The notes below the pieces were generated by a model, which made no database searches, was not told the origin of the DNA, and saw only the letters and a program-made list of their open reading frames with translations. This document shows, piece after piece, positions 22,528 through 36,700 of a DNA stretch of 64,000 nucleotides; within the stretch, counting starts at the first letter, position 1, and each line of letters starts with the position of its first letter. Origin of the DNA: Malacoraja senta (Eukaryota); contig CM075978.1 in NCBI GenBank assembly GCA_038087875.1, positions 160,580,001-160,644,000 on the forward strand. The letters are read 5' to 3'. Made by a program: the position numbers and the translations under genes.

Positions 22528-23427
22528 CCATTTACTCTGTTCTCCTGTTTTTAAGGTCTGATCCTTGATTAGCTTTAAAGCTAAGACTGGCCGAATTTGA
22601 ATTGGTCTGGATATTACAATGCCAATGTTTTTCACACCAGATCATTTCATTCAACACAAAACTTGTTTACTGCATGTTCTGAGGTTTTGATTTTCAATAA
22701 TCAGCTGAAAGATTTTCCAGCAGCTAATTTCATCAGCTCTGTCTCCCACATCTTTCAAAAAGAGCGCATTAACAGAGATGTGCGAAAAGGATACGTTTGC
22801 CTCAAAATACTGCAACCACTTGCTGGAATTAAGACTTCTAAACTGAGTGAATTCTCTAAATTCAAGTAGAACTATAATTCCAGGCCAGAGCAGCTTGACT
22901 TGTAAAATAAACAATGGTTAGAAGCCTGTATGATTTAGATCAATAAAATAAGATGCTGCAATCTTTAGAACTATCACCAACCTGTCCATGGACCACCCTT
23001 GTATTGAGGCTATGTACTGTACTATTAAACTTTGCACCAACATGAAAAGCCAAATGCTGTAAGCCCTCTATGGTTCAATGAATGTTAAACTAGCTTATCT
23101 TGCTATTAAAATAACATTTTCATTTGTATATGTATTCAATTCTTCACCCATTTGATCATATTCTCTGCTTTGTTCTACCCTCATCAATGATCCGATTGGA
23201 CTGACTCTCTGATGAACGTTAATGGAACACATTCTTGTTATCAGTGTAATAATCAGATGGTGAAAGCTATTTTGTCTATTCTATTCTTTGCCTATCTATT
23301 TTACCTAGGTTATGCAAGTTATTCAATCTTGAATTATAGATTTTAAGAGTTTCCTACAAGGGAAAACTGGAATAACTGGCATTTTCTGTTGTGCATTCTC
23401 GAGGTATTCCATTGGGTATTTTAGCCT

Positions 23428-23627
23428 NNNNNNNNNNNNNNNNNNNNNNNNNNNNNNNNNNNNNNNNNNNNNNNNNNNNNNNNNNNNNNNNNNNNNNNNN
23501 NNNNNNNNNNNNNNNNNNNNNNNNNNNNNNNNNNNNNNNNNNNNNNNNNNNNNNNNNNNNNNNNNNNNNNNNNNNNNNNNNNNNNNNNNNNNNNNNNNNN
23601 NNNNNNNNNNNNNNNNNNNNNNNNNNN
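23428..23627. other. Assembly gap (200 N)
   Basis: Run of N. Confidence 1.
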
Positions 23628-23880
23628 CCGTCGGCAAGCGAGGAGGACCGTCGGTGAGCGAGAAGGATTGTCAGCAAGCCATCGTGCCAGTACCGGGTCA
23701 GCTGAGGACGGCCTGCGGTGGTCGCAGGGGTCGGTCAAGGACGCGCCTCCGAGAACAAAGAGGGACCCGGCGTTAGGGGGCCGCTGAGAACAAAGAGAGA
23801 CCCAGGGCATGGGGGTGGGTAGGGGCGAAAAGGAAAAGGGCCCATCGGGACAATATTGAATAATTTACGACCCTCTTTAC

Positions 23881-24092
23881 AATAGACAATAGGTGCAGGA
23901 GTAGGCCATTCGGCCCTTCGAGCCAGCACCGCCATTCAATGTGATCATGGCTGATCATCCCCAATCAGTACACCGTTCCTGCCTTCTCCCCATATCCCTG
24001 ACTCCGCTATTTTTAAGAGCCCTATCTAGCTCTCTCTTGAAAGCATCCAGAGAACCTGCCTCCACTGCCCTCGGAGGCAGAGAATTCCACAG
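23881..24092 (-). mobile_element. CR1 3' UTR
   Basis: aatagacaataggtgcaggagtaggccattcggccc... Confidence 0.85.
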
Positions 24093-24139
24093 ACATTTCA
24101 CTACAGCCCATTTCACTACAGGCACTCACTTCCTTCCAT

Positions 24140-24572
24140 CCAATCCACCTTCATGGTGCGTTGCATCAGTAGGTCTGGAAGCATCATCAAGAATGCCTGT
24201 AACCCTGAACACTCCTTTTTTTCTCTTCTACCTTCTGGGAGAAGATACAGGAGCTTGAACGCTCATATGTCCAGTCTTCAGAATAGGTTTCTTCCCTATT
24301 GCTATCTGACTCCGGAATCAATCACCTCTTTGACACCCATTCCCAGAGGTATTGCCATGTTCTCTTACTCTTAACTCTATCTCATTTGATTATTCCCGGA
24401 TTGTCATGCAAAATCGAAGTGGTGCAAAAGAATTCTGCGGTTTTGCACTTGCCGTATTTATTTTTGTATTTATCATTCCTCTTTGCATTTTACTTTGTGA
24501 GCTTCATACAGTACGACCAGGGAATTTCCTTGCACCCTGGTGTACACGATGATAAACTAATCTAATCTAATA
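24140..24572 (+). mobile_element. Rex1/Babar 3' fragment
   Basis: SIIKNACNPEHSFFSLLPSGRRYRSL motif and a (ctaat)n tail. Confidence 0.7.
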
Positions 24573-24576
24573 CTAA

Positions 24577-27347
24577 AACCCCTGTCTCACGGTGCGAGTT
24601 GACCCACGAGGTACCCCGAGCTTAAAACAAATTTAACTCATGGTAATCACGTACGATTAACGTAGCGGGAACGTCGGAACTCGTGGACGCAACTTAGCGA
24701 CTCTTGGCGCTAACGGCAGGTACCCGTGACACTTGTTAACTCTTGGAAAAATTCAAACATGTTTAAACTTTTCCATGAGTAAAATGTACTCTTGAGGTTA
24801 AAATTTGAAACATTTAAACACGTTGTAAGAACGCAGTGGCCCGTGCGTTTACCTTAGTGACTCGTGAGTCTACCGTGGGAACGCTTTAACTCAGCGGGCA
24901 GGCAGCATCTCTGGAGAGAAGGAATGGGTGATTGGATAACGTTTCCAAATTTCTGCTGTGTCTTTGTGTAACTCCAGCACCGTGTGTTCACTTTTTGTCA
25001 ACCAGCATCTGCTCTTTCTCGTGTATGACATTATTTGTATCCGTGGCAGTTGATTGTCGCTCCCTTCAGTTTCCCAGAGGGTCGGGACAGGACTGGAGTT
25101 GGGAGGGAAAGGTGTGTGGGGGGTGGGGGGGTGGGGAGGAGGGAGGGTGGGGGGTGGGGAGGAGGGGTGGGGGGTTGGGTTGACTTAGTACGGGAGACAA
25201 GTGTACTGACTGTGTGGGCAGACACTTTGGTAGTGATTGCCCATGGGGTTCACTGTCGAGGACTTCATAATGCAGGAAGCATTATAAACAGTGGAGCGAT
25301 TAACCCTGGAAAGGGGGGAGACTTCTCTCTGGGTTTGGACCCATTTGCAGGAATTTTCTTGAGGTTATTAACGACAGATAAATGGATGGGAAGGGTTTAG
25401 AGGGCTATGGGCCACATGCAGGCAAATAGGACTACCCAAGACGCCAACTTGGACGGCACGGCCTATCTGGGCCGAAGGACCTGTTTCCGTGTGGTACAGC
25501 ACCATGACTAAAGCCTATCCAGTGGGATTGACATGTTTGTATTTTTCCTTTCTAAAGATGCATTGTATTTTGGTGACTATTGCACACTGCAGACCAGAAG
25601 TGCTTTCAATACCCAGAGAGAAGGGATGGGCGGGTTAGGTGAGCAGAGGAGTGGGGTTGTTTGCAGTTGCAGAGGGAGGGGGCAAGGGCGGTACAGTTCC
25701 CAGTCTCAGCTCCTGTTCTACCGAGCGTGTGGACGTGGATGGGTGGCTTGGTTGGCGGCGGCCCATGGTGTGGCAGAGCCGGCGTGCCCGCTGACTCCCA
25801 TCCCCCCCCCCCCCCGGTCCGGGGCCACGCTGGGAGAAAGCCCCGAGCATCTGCCCCGGGGCTACGGGCACTGACCTGCTGGGATCGCCGACTTGAAGAC
25901 AGTGCAAAGCCCCCGCGCCCGGTGCAATGGCGGGGAACTGGAGAGGGGAGGGAAGGGGTCACACACATGGCCGGGAAGCAGAGGGGTGGGGGTGGGGGTG
26001 GCGACAGACAGGGCCAACAATGAGATGGAGAAAAACAGAAACACCGACGTGTAAAGGAGACCTACAATAGTTCATGATCTCTCTCGCGTTATGGCGGGTG
26101 ATTGTCGCCTGCCCTCTGTTTCTGACGCTAAAGCCTTGGGATCGTTGCCCTTCGTGTTGGCGTGGAGAGGGAGGGGGGTATTGTCCTGTTTGATCGCCCC
26201 CTGCTATCCCAGGGACAGGAGACACAGCGGCTTTTGAGACTGGTGGGCAATGACTACCAAAGTGTCTGCCACACAGTCAGTACACCTCTCCTACACTTGT
26301 CTCCCGCACTAAGATCATCCCGCAGAGAATGATCCCAGCCTAACCCAAGAGCCTTGTCACCCCAGACAGATTAATGACGCCCGCGCATCCCCCCCCCCCA
26401 ACCTCCCTCCCCCTCAACTCACGCCTGGGCACCAAAGGCAGCTCAGGAGGCGAACCCTGAGCTCCGGCTCCCAACAACCTGATGTGCAACTGATGTGAAA
26501 GAACATCGGCTGCGGCCCGCCGGCACCCGGCATGGACTTCTCACACCCTCACACACGAAAAGTGTGTGAGAATAAACAAAAACAAGGAATAAAACCAAAG
26601 CCGGCTTGAAAGGCATCTAAAAATATATTCCGCTTAGAACGAGCAGGCGCGGAGACATCCGTCCACATTCAAAGATTTCATCTCCCGTCTCCCCCAGTGT
26701 GTAGACCTGGCAGTTAATTCAATTAAAATATAGCAAACCTCCGCTCGCTGGTCTTCTAACTACGTGATGTGTGTTCAAACAAATTCAATTCAATTCAATT
26801 CAATTCAATTTATTTGTCTTTTGGACAAATTTGTCATTTGGACCCCTTGAGGTCCAAACGAAATGTCGTTTCTGCAGCCATACAATACAAAACGAAGAAG
26901 ACCCGAGACACAACACAATTTACACATACATCCATCACAGCGCTGTGATGGAAGGCAAAAAAATGTATCTCTCCACTGCACTCCCCCCAGTATAACTGCT
27001 CTGGCACTGGACAGTGCGCATTTTTCCCTTTGTAGGTCAAATCAATAGATGCGGCCGCGCTGAATTCTATCTTTAACTCAAAGCCGCAGGATGGAGATGT
27101 CTTCTTTAACACTGTTGCTTATTAAAACAGACCTTCATTCATGGTTGGCTCAAGAGTAACTTGGGAGAGGAACTTGGTAACTCGGGAGACGAACTTGGAA
27201 CATCGCAGAAATGACAAGTAAACGGCAAACGTAGTCATACCCGTGGGAACTCGGTTAAACTCTTGATCATACACTTGGAATCTCGTACACAACCACGAGT
27301 CTTTCAATGAAACCTCGTGGGTCAACTCGCACCGTGAGACAGGGCTT
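24577..27347 (-). mobile_element. Non-autonomous Harbinger (same ends as 12417-14214) with an unrelated internal cargo
   Basis: TIRs aacccctgtctcacggtgcgagttgacccacgag / ctcgtgggtcaactcgcaccgtgagacagggctt; TAA TSD at 24574-24576 and 27348-27350; about 310 bp and about 200 bp of termini shared with the first copy. Confidence 0.9.
26781..26965 (-). mobile_element. Retroposon with a Rex1-type tail inside the Harbinger cargo
   Basis: (caatt)n tail, stem-loop tttggaccccttgaggtccaaa; body related to 11270-11430. Confidence 0.55.
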
Positions 27348-27559
27348 TAAGTCTATAGCCCTGAAGATAACAGCACTTTAAGTACATATCCAAGCTTTGT
27401 TCAAATGTGTTCAGGTTTTCAGTCTCAACCATCCTTTGAGGCAATGAATTATAACCCCATCATTCACTGTGTGAAAAAAAACCTTGTTTCATCTTCTCTC
27501 TAATCCATCTATCAGTTACTCTGAACCTATAGCCGTTGCCAACAAAAATAGATTCTTCC

Positions 27560-28800
27560 TAATTATAGAAAAACAAAAAAATTGTAGATGTTGGATGTCT
27601 GAAACAAAAAAGAAAATTGCTGAATACACGAAGCAGGTTAGGCAGTGAAAAGAGAAACAGAGCTATTGCATTTATCTTTTATCAGAATTAGGAGGAATTA
27701 CAAATCAAACTTGGTTAAAGATGCAGAGATAAAGAATATGTCCTTCCTATTGACCGTATCATTTTCCGATTCTACTGACTACACCACGTATATATTCCTC
27801 CAGTCTAAACCTCTCCTCCTCATTGTCAAATCAGGACCATATGTTGTATTATCTCCTAACTTCTTTACCATGACCGTATGTTCAGATCTAACTCATTAAT
27901 ATATTTTACAAAAAACATGGGGCCAAGTTCCAACCAAAATCTGGAAATGCTGGTATCACCTCAGCATGTCAAGCAGCACCAATGGTGAGAGAAACAAAGT
28001 CAACGTTCCAGGTCATGGAATGGGAAAGTAAGAAAAGAAGCAGAGGGGAAAGTGGAGAGAACATTCGGAACATCTGTGTTAGGATGGAGACCAACACTAT
28101 TTTAGGTAATAATTATATTTCAAAAACCAGCAATGAGATACAAAAGAGAGAAAAATAAAATTTAAACAGAAAGGTGTAGCCATATCTGTGGAGTGAGGGA
28201 AGAAAGCATATTTAACTGACATGGTTAAATTCAGATGAAGATCCAGAAGCTACAATCTGTCAAGATGCAAGATGAAATGGTTTACTCCCGATTTACTGGG
28301 CATCATTATACCAAGGTAAGAGGCTGAAGTCAGGGAGATCAAATAAAGAATGGGCTGTAGAATTAAAATGTCAGTAGACCTAAAAATCATGGTCACCCAT
28401 GTGAACTGAATGGAGGCGTTCTGCAAAGTTGTCATTCTATCTGGTTTGATTTCTCCAATGTGAAGACGACCACATTCTGACTACATTGCACTAAATTGTA
28501 AGTGTAAATTAATTGCAGCTTCATCTCGGTTTGTTTGGGAACATACATGTTTAGCAAAATAAGTTGTGGCATCTCCTGTGGTTACATACGGAAGTGCTGT
28601 GAGAATGGTGAGTGGTTGGTGGAGATGAGAGAATGGCCCAGAGAGTTGTGGATGGAATGGTTCCTTTGGCACTCTGCAAAGGGAGGAGAGGGAAAGATAT
28701 ATGTTTGGTGCTGGATTCTAGCTTTCCAATCACACACCATTACCTTTTCTTTCTACCACTGAGTCAATTTTGCGTTCCATTTGACACTATGCTTACCAGG
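27560..28800 (-). mobile_element. Old Penelope-like fragments
   Basis: Degenerate terminal-repeat and GIY-YIG-region similarity. Confidence 0.4.
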
Positions 28801-29356
28801 GCCTAACTGGGCTTTACCTTTTTGACCAACCTGCCATGTGAGACTTTGTCAAAAGACTTTCTAATATCCATGCACTTTCTAAAATGCATCAAATTCACTG
28901 CCAATGATGACCCTTCTTACATCCTCCACAAAAAAAACAGTCATTCGTTGTATTAGATCTCCCCTTAATAAATCCCAAAATTAACTGCCCCCATTAATTT
29001 GTGTTGTTCTAAAAGATTTATTCTGCCATTTACAATTACTTCTTCACTACCGAAGTTAAACCAACTAGTCTTCCTTATCCCTTCCTTTTAAAACAATGGT
29101 AATGGCACCACTCCTATGGTCAGATGAGAATGAAAAATGTAGTCAGAGCCTTTGTGATATCCTGCACGTTTCTTTTAATATCTTAAACATTATGTCGTGG
29201 TTATTTTATAGTTACTGTATGTATTTTTTGTATGTTTAGTGAATGTATTCATCTCATTTACAATACTTACATTATTCCATATTTTGTGAATCCTATCAAA
29301 ATATATTCATTCTGAACCTTACCCACAGGCTTCACCTACAAACAAGGTTATTCTTG

Positions 29357-29850
29357 GATATTCTTGCTATTGAGGGAGTGCAGCATAGGTTCGTGAGGTT
29401 AATTCCTGGGATGGTGGGACTGTCATATGTTGAAAGAATGGAGCGACTGGGCTTGTATACACTGGAATTTAGAAGGATGAAAGGGAATCTTATTGAAATA
29501 AGATTATTAAGGGATTGGACACGCTAGAGGCAGGAGACATGTTCCAGATGTTGGGGGAGTCCAGAAGCAGGGGACACAGTTTAAGAATAAGGGGTAGGCC
29601 ATTTAGAACGGAGATGAGGAAAGTCTTTTTCACCCAGAGAGATATGAATCTGTGGAATTCTCTGCCTCAGAAGGCAGTGGTGGCCGATTCTCTGGATGCT
29701 TTCAAGAGAGTTAGATAGAGCTGTCAAAGATAGCGGAGTCAAGGGATATGAGAAGGCAGGAACGGGGTACTGATTGTGGATGATCAGCCATGATCACAGT
29801 GAATGGCTCGAAGGGCTGAATGGCCTACTCCTGCACCTATTGTCTATTGT
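29357..29850 (+). mobile_element. CR1 LINE 3' fragment
   Basis: DILAIEGVQHRFVRLIPGM...LGLYTLEFRRM and a ctattgt tail. Confidence 0.9.
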
Positions 29851-30224
29851 TATCTTTTTGGTTATTAGAAGTCCAAAGTTTTTTCTTTGATATCTCCTAC
29901 TCTTTTGTACTTACAAGACATTTTAATTTTCCTTAATTTTCACTTTCCAATGTTTTCTCATACTCTTTCTTTGCTTCCCAAATTTCCCTTTTAATTTCAC
30001 TCCTAGGTTTTCAAAACTTATACCAAAATCGTTAGAATGTGGGATAACACGTTCCTGTAAAGTAGCTGAATATACCATCACTCAAATTTACCAAATTTCC
30101 AGAACGTTTTTAAGCCAGATCAAAATAAAAAAGGCGTTTCACATCTTTTTGATTCTGAACAAAACTCTACAGGTCTATAATCCCGGACAAAATTAACTGC
30201 AGTATGGAAGGGGGACAAACAAGA

Positions 30225-31115
30225 GAACAGAACAGTACAGCCCAAGAACTGGTCCTTCAGCCCACAATGTCTGTGCCGAACATGATGTCAAGACCAACTC
30301 CTATCTGCGTGCACATAATCCATATCCCTCCATTCCCTGCATTTCCATAAAGCTATTCAAAAGTCTCTTAAAAGCCGCTATTGCATCTGCTTTGAAAATC
30401 CCCCAGCAGCACTTTCTAGGCACTCACTACTCTCTGTTCAAAAAACTTGGCCCTCCCATCTCACCGTCAAAGCCTTTGGTGCTGAGTAAGTCCCAGTCAA
30501 TATTGGTGAAGTTAAAATCATCCACTAAGACCACCATGTTGTTTTGGCATCTTACGGTAATCTGTCTATATATCCTTTCTTCTATCTCCCACTTATCATT
30601 GTGGGGTCTATAATACGTCCAATAAAGTGCTTGCATCTTTCTCATCTGTGTTTTAATCGTATTGCCTCAGTGGATGAGCCCTCCAATTTGTCCTCTCTGA
30701 GTTCCGCCACGACAGTCTCCCTGATTAGAAATGCAACTCCTTTACCTTTTTTCTCTCCCTTTCGATCACGTCTGAAACATCGAAACTCTGGAACATGGAG
30801 CTGCCAGTTGTGTCCCTCTCACAAACAAGTTTTCTCAATGGCCACAACATCAGAAACCCAAGCACCAATCCTGGCTCTAAGTTCTGCTTTCCCCACAATA
30901 CTCCTTGCATTGAAATAAACATACTTCAGCCCATGAGAGTCACCATTTTCCTTTATTTCTCCCTGCCTGCCCTTCTTTTGAGACTTACTGGACCTAACCT
31001 GCACCTTCCCATCAGTTCTTCCAATTGCTGACCTGCTACTCTAGTCCCCCCTCCCCCCCCCTCCCTCTAGTTTAACCCTCCCAGGTAGCACCAGAGAGGA
31101 CATTGGTCCCCTCCA
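30225..31115 (-). mobile_element. CR1 LINE: APE endonuclease region joined to a 3' UTR
   Basis: LKYVYFNARSIVGK and VLVDDFNFTNIDW; 30225-30465 is 3' UTR, so the RT region is deleted. Confidence 0.75.
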
Positions 31116-31704
31116 ATATATCTGATGAAAGCATATCACTGAAGTATGTGGTGAAATAACAGGAAATGCTGATGAAAGTGGTACACTTATTATTAAATTT
31201 CTAAGGGGCTAAATTTCATAGCAGAAACAAATATTTGTTGAGATTAGAATGCGCGATTAACTCACTCATTCTTCCCAGGTCTTAGATGCACATAAAACGA
31301 CCAAATTATTATTGTATTATTTAGCAATCCTAACTGTATATTATCTTAATGCATACTTGTGTTTTAATTTTGTGTGCAGCAAGCATGAGCTGAAGCAGGT
31401 TTACATTTCATCCATCCTTCTTAAAGAGATGGTTGGCATTGCTTTAAACGGTTGGCAAAACCAGCACTCACAAATAGCTGGGTTTTACTAACTTGAAACC
31501 ACTTTGTGGCTGGTAGAATGCACAGCTGATGTGGAGTTACATAGAGAAACATGCCAACTGTGCTCTGTGAGCCTCCAATTGAAAATCTTCACGTTTATGA
31601 GATTTTTACAAACAGCAGTTGGGTGAATCACAACACTGCTTTTAAACCATAAAAAGTGGTATCAAAACTCGATACCTCCTAGGGGGACTCTGAACTTGTT
31701 ACGA

Positions 31705-32655
31705 TTGGGGGGAGGGGGAGCAAGAGCGGAACTGCGGGATATCGAGGAGACCCTTGTGAGGGCCTCGTAACTCCCCCTAGTCCTAACCTTCCACCCCATC
31801 AGCCGTCGTATACAGCGCATAATCCTCTGACATTTTTGCCACCTCCAACGGGATCCCACCACTAGCCACATCTTCCCATCTCCACCGCTTTCCGCAGAGA
31901 CCGTTCCCTCCATAACTCCCTGGCCAACCCATCCCTACCCACCCAAACCACCCCCACCCCAGGTACTTTCCCCTGCAACCGCAGGAGATGCAACACCTGT
32001 ACCTATACTTCCCCCCTCGACTCCATCCAAGGACCCTGACAGTCTTTTCAGGTGAGGCTGAGGTTCACTTGCACCTCCTCCAACCTCATCTACTGTATCC
32101 GCTGTTCCAGGTGTGAACTCTTGTATATTGGCGAGACCAAGCGCAGGCTCGGCGTATGTTTCACTGAATACCTCCGTTCAGTCCGCCTAAACATACCTGA
32201 ACTCCCGGTTGCTACACACTTTAACTCCCCCTCCCATTCCCACACTGACCTTTCTGTTGAAGGAACAGTACCTCATATTTCGCTTGGGCATCTTGCACCC
32301 CAGCGGTATGAACATTGACTTCTCTAACTTCAAGTAACCCTTGCTTTCTCTCTCCATCCCTCCCCCTTCCCAGTTCTCAGACCAGTCTCACTGCCTCCGA
32401 CTATATTTTATCTCTGCTTTGTTGTTACTTTCTCCCAGCTAACAATGATCCATTCTACATTTTCCTTGCTCTCCATTCCATTTGCCCTGTTTTCACACCT
32501 TCACGCTTCCTTATCTACCTCCCTCCCCCCTGACGTCAGTCTGAAGAAGGGTCTCAAACCGAAACATTGCCCATTCCTTCTCTCCCATTGAGTTACTCCA
32601 GCATTTTGTGTCTATCTTTGGTTTAAACCAGCACCTGCAGTTCCTTCATACACAT
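31705..32655 (+). mobile_element. Penelope-like element 3' part with a short inverted 5' piece
   Basis: FTCTSSNLIYCIRCSRCELLYIGETKRRLG (GIY-YIG); ends with gtctgaagaagggtctcaaaccgaaacattg and the terminal repeat. Confidence 0.9.
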
Positions 32656-32674
32656 TTCGTTTGTAGCGGTGCTT

Positions 32675-32968
32675 AGTTTAGTTTAGTTTAGTTTAGAGAT
32701 ATAGTGCGGAAACAGGCTCTTCGGCCCACCGAGTCCGTGCCAACACTAGCACTACCCCACACACTAGGGACAATTTACTATATTTACAGAAGCCATTTAA
32801 CCTACAAACCCGCACTTCTTTGAATGTGGGAGGAAACCGGAGCACCTGGGGAAAACCCACGCGGTCACGGGGAGAACGTACAAACTCCCTACTGACAGCA
32901 CCCGTAGTCAGGATCAAACCCGGGTCTCTGCCGCTTTAAGGCAGTCAGGCTATCGCTGCTCCATCATG
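32675..32968 (-). mobile_element. HE1-like V-SINE
   Basis: (ttagt)n tail, V-domain and tRNA-like head. Confidence 0.9.
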
Positions 32969-33577
32969 CTACTGGCCTGTTCTTAGTAAGCAGCAGTGTA
33001 GACCCCCACACAGAACACATTTAAAACTCTCAGCAATTTTTTGCAGATGTTGTCAACATGGAGTTCTGATTTATTTGCTGAGGCAGGACTGGAGGTGACC
33101 AGCGACAGGGCTCCTTGCCTGCATTTGACCTCACAGTACGGGACCCGAAGCTTGACATAACTTTGTAATGTAATGAACTGTTAATGCTGCAGTGCCACAC
33201 TGCAAAAAGATGCTGGTGAGTTGGTGCACTGTGCATTCAGAATCAGACAATATAATTAAGCCACATAAAGTAAATGGTAACATTTTAAAAAGTTATAAGA
33301 AAATGAACCTAAAGCTTCCTACAAACAATTTAAAAAAAATATATTATCCAATGCACCTGGGACCTGCTGGTCAATAAACAGGATTGTAGAGTACAAATAG
33401 GAAAGAAGTGAGAGCAAATCTTTTTAGATGTGACAACAGCAACAGCTGGATATCATACTTAGGGAGGATGTCAAGAGTCGGTAGAGGATACATTAAGTGG
33501 TGTAGGGGATCAGGGCATTGATTTCCGCAGAGGGACTGAAGAAGCTGGAACTGTTCTCCTCAGAACTTAAAAGATTA

Positions 33578-33743
33578 GAAACATAGAAACATAGGAACAT
33601 AGAAAATAGGTGCAGGAGTAGGCCATTTGACCCAGCACCGCCATTCAATATGATCATGGCTGATCATCCAAAATCAGTACCCCGTTCCTGCTTTTTCCCC
33701 ATATCCCTTGATTCCTTTAGCTCTAAGAGCTAAATCTAACTCT
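33578..33743 (-). mobile_element. CR1 3' UTR
   Basis: (catagaaa)n tail; same sequence family as 2837-3000. Confidence 0.85.
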
Positions 33744-36700
33744 GCATCCACGATTTCTACGGCCATCTCCTTGATTGAAGGTAATATTCAACAAACACAT
33801 TCAATATTAAAAATTAAGCAAAACATTTTCTAATAAGAGGAACACTGGTGATCAAAGGATGCAGATTTGAGATAACTGGGATAAAAGTGGTGGGCAGGTG
33901 GTGCAGGGGTAGGGGATGATGAGAATGTTTTTATTCAGTTCAATATGTAATGCACTACCTAAAAGGTTGTGGAGGGGGACTCAATGGTAAATTTAAAGAG
34001 GACTATGGATAAATAGCAGAATTTTCCAGGGCTATGAGGGAAGAGCAGTTGACTGTGACTAATTAGAGAGCTCTCATAAAGAACCATGCAGGTGCAATTA
34101 GCTGAATGGCTTCCTTCTGCAATAAAACATTCTATGATTCCAAAAGGGCATGTCTAGTCTTTAATAGCTCACGGCCCTATTTTAAATATTATGATTCCTT
34201 CTATTTAGATCCCTCCCCCACCTCCACCCACCCCCGTGTGCTATTCTCCATGGACAATGTAACAATTTGCTTTCATTCGTTTTCCTAGATGCTCTTCACA
34301 CAGACATTGTGCTCCAAAAATATCCTTGTGTTGACCTGTGGTCCAATATTCCTCTATTGTCCTCACTCAGCCCTAGTCCTTAAGAACGTGTTCAAGATCA
34401 CTGATATTTAACCCCCTATTCCATACCTACCTGTGCATTATAACATCCTTGCATTAAATCTCTAGATTATGAATCCTTTTCTCCTTACCAGTAGTTTTTA
34501 TCTTTAACATTTTAAGCAAAATACAGAAAGATAAAATATTAATAGCATTTTTATGTTAATTGATGAATGTGGCCAAATAATATATTACCAGAGATATTTG
34601 TTTGAAGATGAAAACTGCAAAAGGGTGCTGAGCAATATGTTCAAAATACTAATTTTTAATGCGTAGCCCACCCTGCAGTTCCAGGCAACTGATTATTATT
34701 ATTTTGCAATTGTATCCCTCCTACATTATTCAATTAGTCTTGCATGTAGTATTAACAATCACATTTTACTGGAAAACAACAAACATTTTAAATATTAATT
34801 AGGTTTGACATTACTTAATATGATAACTTCTCAAACTGTATAAATCGCACAGATAGCAAACTAAGTTCCTTTGGAATTATCTGAGATTTGCTCATTACTG
34901 ATAAGGAATATGAAATAAATATTCTCCTTCATTAATAGATTGTGCAATTGAAGGGGGGTAACCTCTTCCATTGGTAGAGTGGATAGCAAAATAGCAATGT
35001 TTCCATATAAACAAAAAAGCAGGCCGCATGCTGTTCTAAATATCTAATAAATGTACATATGTATGTGTTCACTCTCCATGAAATGAATTTAGAGACATCA
35101 GACTGTGAAAGGATATCTTTGTCTACTCATTCCTACAGTATGACCATCTGCATTTTATGCATATGTAATCGATTATCTCATGCTTCTAAACACAAAATAA
35201 ACTTTAAAAAAAATAAAAAAAGAATCAGATTTGAATATTTTGATTAATCAGGGTCTCAGATTCCCAAAGCTTGTGAATGTTCCATAAATATGGCAAAGAC
35301 TTTGTTTTTTTATTCAGTTTCTACTATTTGCAGCTTTTGCTATCCACATGCTTTCTGAAGCTGCGTTATTTTTATTTGTCTCACCAGCATCTAGCAGGAG
35401 GGCGCTGGTGTGTTGCTGCTTAAAGAAATCCATCCATTTTAGCTTGATGGAAATCGCTTCTGCCCACCTTTAATAGAAAATTCTTCGCGTTTCTACCACC
35501 AACCCTACCCCCCACCAGAAAAAAACCCACTCAGTTCCTGCTTTCACAAATCAGGAGTGAATACACCATGGAACTGATCTGAAGGCATTCACTTCTCCAC
35601 GGGTCACTGTGCTGTATGGCTTTGCAGCTATTAAAAGTATGTAGATGGCAGACCAGTACTAGGGCTGCCAAACTCACTTCCAGTAATTAAGTAGAGGACA
35701 AGATACAGTAATATAGGCTGGCGGCTGAATGCTTGCTATTTAAATAATGGAAGATTCGTGTCCATATCAGAGTTGTGGGTGAAGTCAGTCGGACAAAGGA
35801 AGAAATATACATGGAGAAATTCATTCAGTGCACGTGCTGAAAGCAGTGGGAATAATTTAGACCCATATTAGTCCCTTGTGAATGCAAAAATTAAGCATCA
35901 TTCAGTCCGCCTATGGTAATAATGCAGAAATTAGACTGCTTCAGAGATGTGTAAATTCCTCACTGCAACTTATGTATCTTTAATCACTGTCCTCCAAACT
36001 GCTGTTCAGATTACACTAGCAGGCACTACATCTTTGTAAATTTTGAGAAAACAAAAATCATCAATAATTTGTACATAATTTAAACATGCCAAACTGCTCA
36101 TAAATAAATAAATAGCAGCACTCTCATTTTAATATGTGTTAGTCACAATTCAAAGAGACACTGCATCTTGGTTTGTTTTGAATCTTTTTACAACCTCCTA
36201 CATTTTTCAATTCATGAGCAGATTCACTAAGGATCGTGAAAGAAAATACCCCTGTGCAATCATGTTTTTGAACAAAATATTCACCAAGCTGTTGACCTGA
36301 TACTTTGCATTTTGTAGAGAACTTATAAATATCTTCAAAGGCATTATATGTTCCAGTCCAGATAAATCCTGCATTTATCTTTTTAAGGATTAATCTCTAA
36401 CTTTTGAATTGGTGACTTCAAGGTGGTGATCTTTTTTTTTCATTTAAAATCCCAAAATGCTGAAGCCACCCAGAGTCTTAGCTGTGTGATTAAAAACATC
36501 ACACTACCTGTAAATCTGCAATACTTTACTAAAGGTCAACTGAAAATGCAATGAAATGAAGGAATGTAAAATGTGGGTTATGGATAAAGCAATCTCTTTG
36601 GAAAAAATGCTGAGGGAATATATACAGCTATCAAATGTTGTGAAATTGACCCAAATTCAGAGTACTAATTAATTTTGTGACTTTACTTTCCACTTTTTCT

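Noticed and set aside
25031-26225. Many overlapping Gly/Pro-rich ORFs
   Set aside because: Expected in GC-rich sequence; no domain or splice support.
35383-35410. CTCF-like motif ctagcaggagggcgctgg
   Set aside because: Needs a 1-nt insertion in the core to match the consensus.
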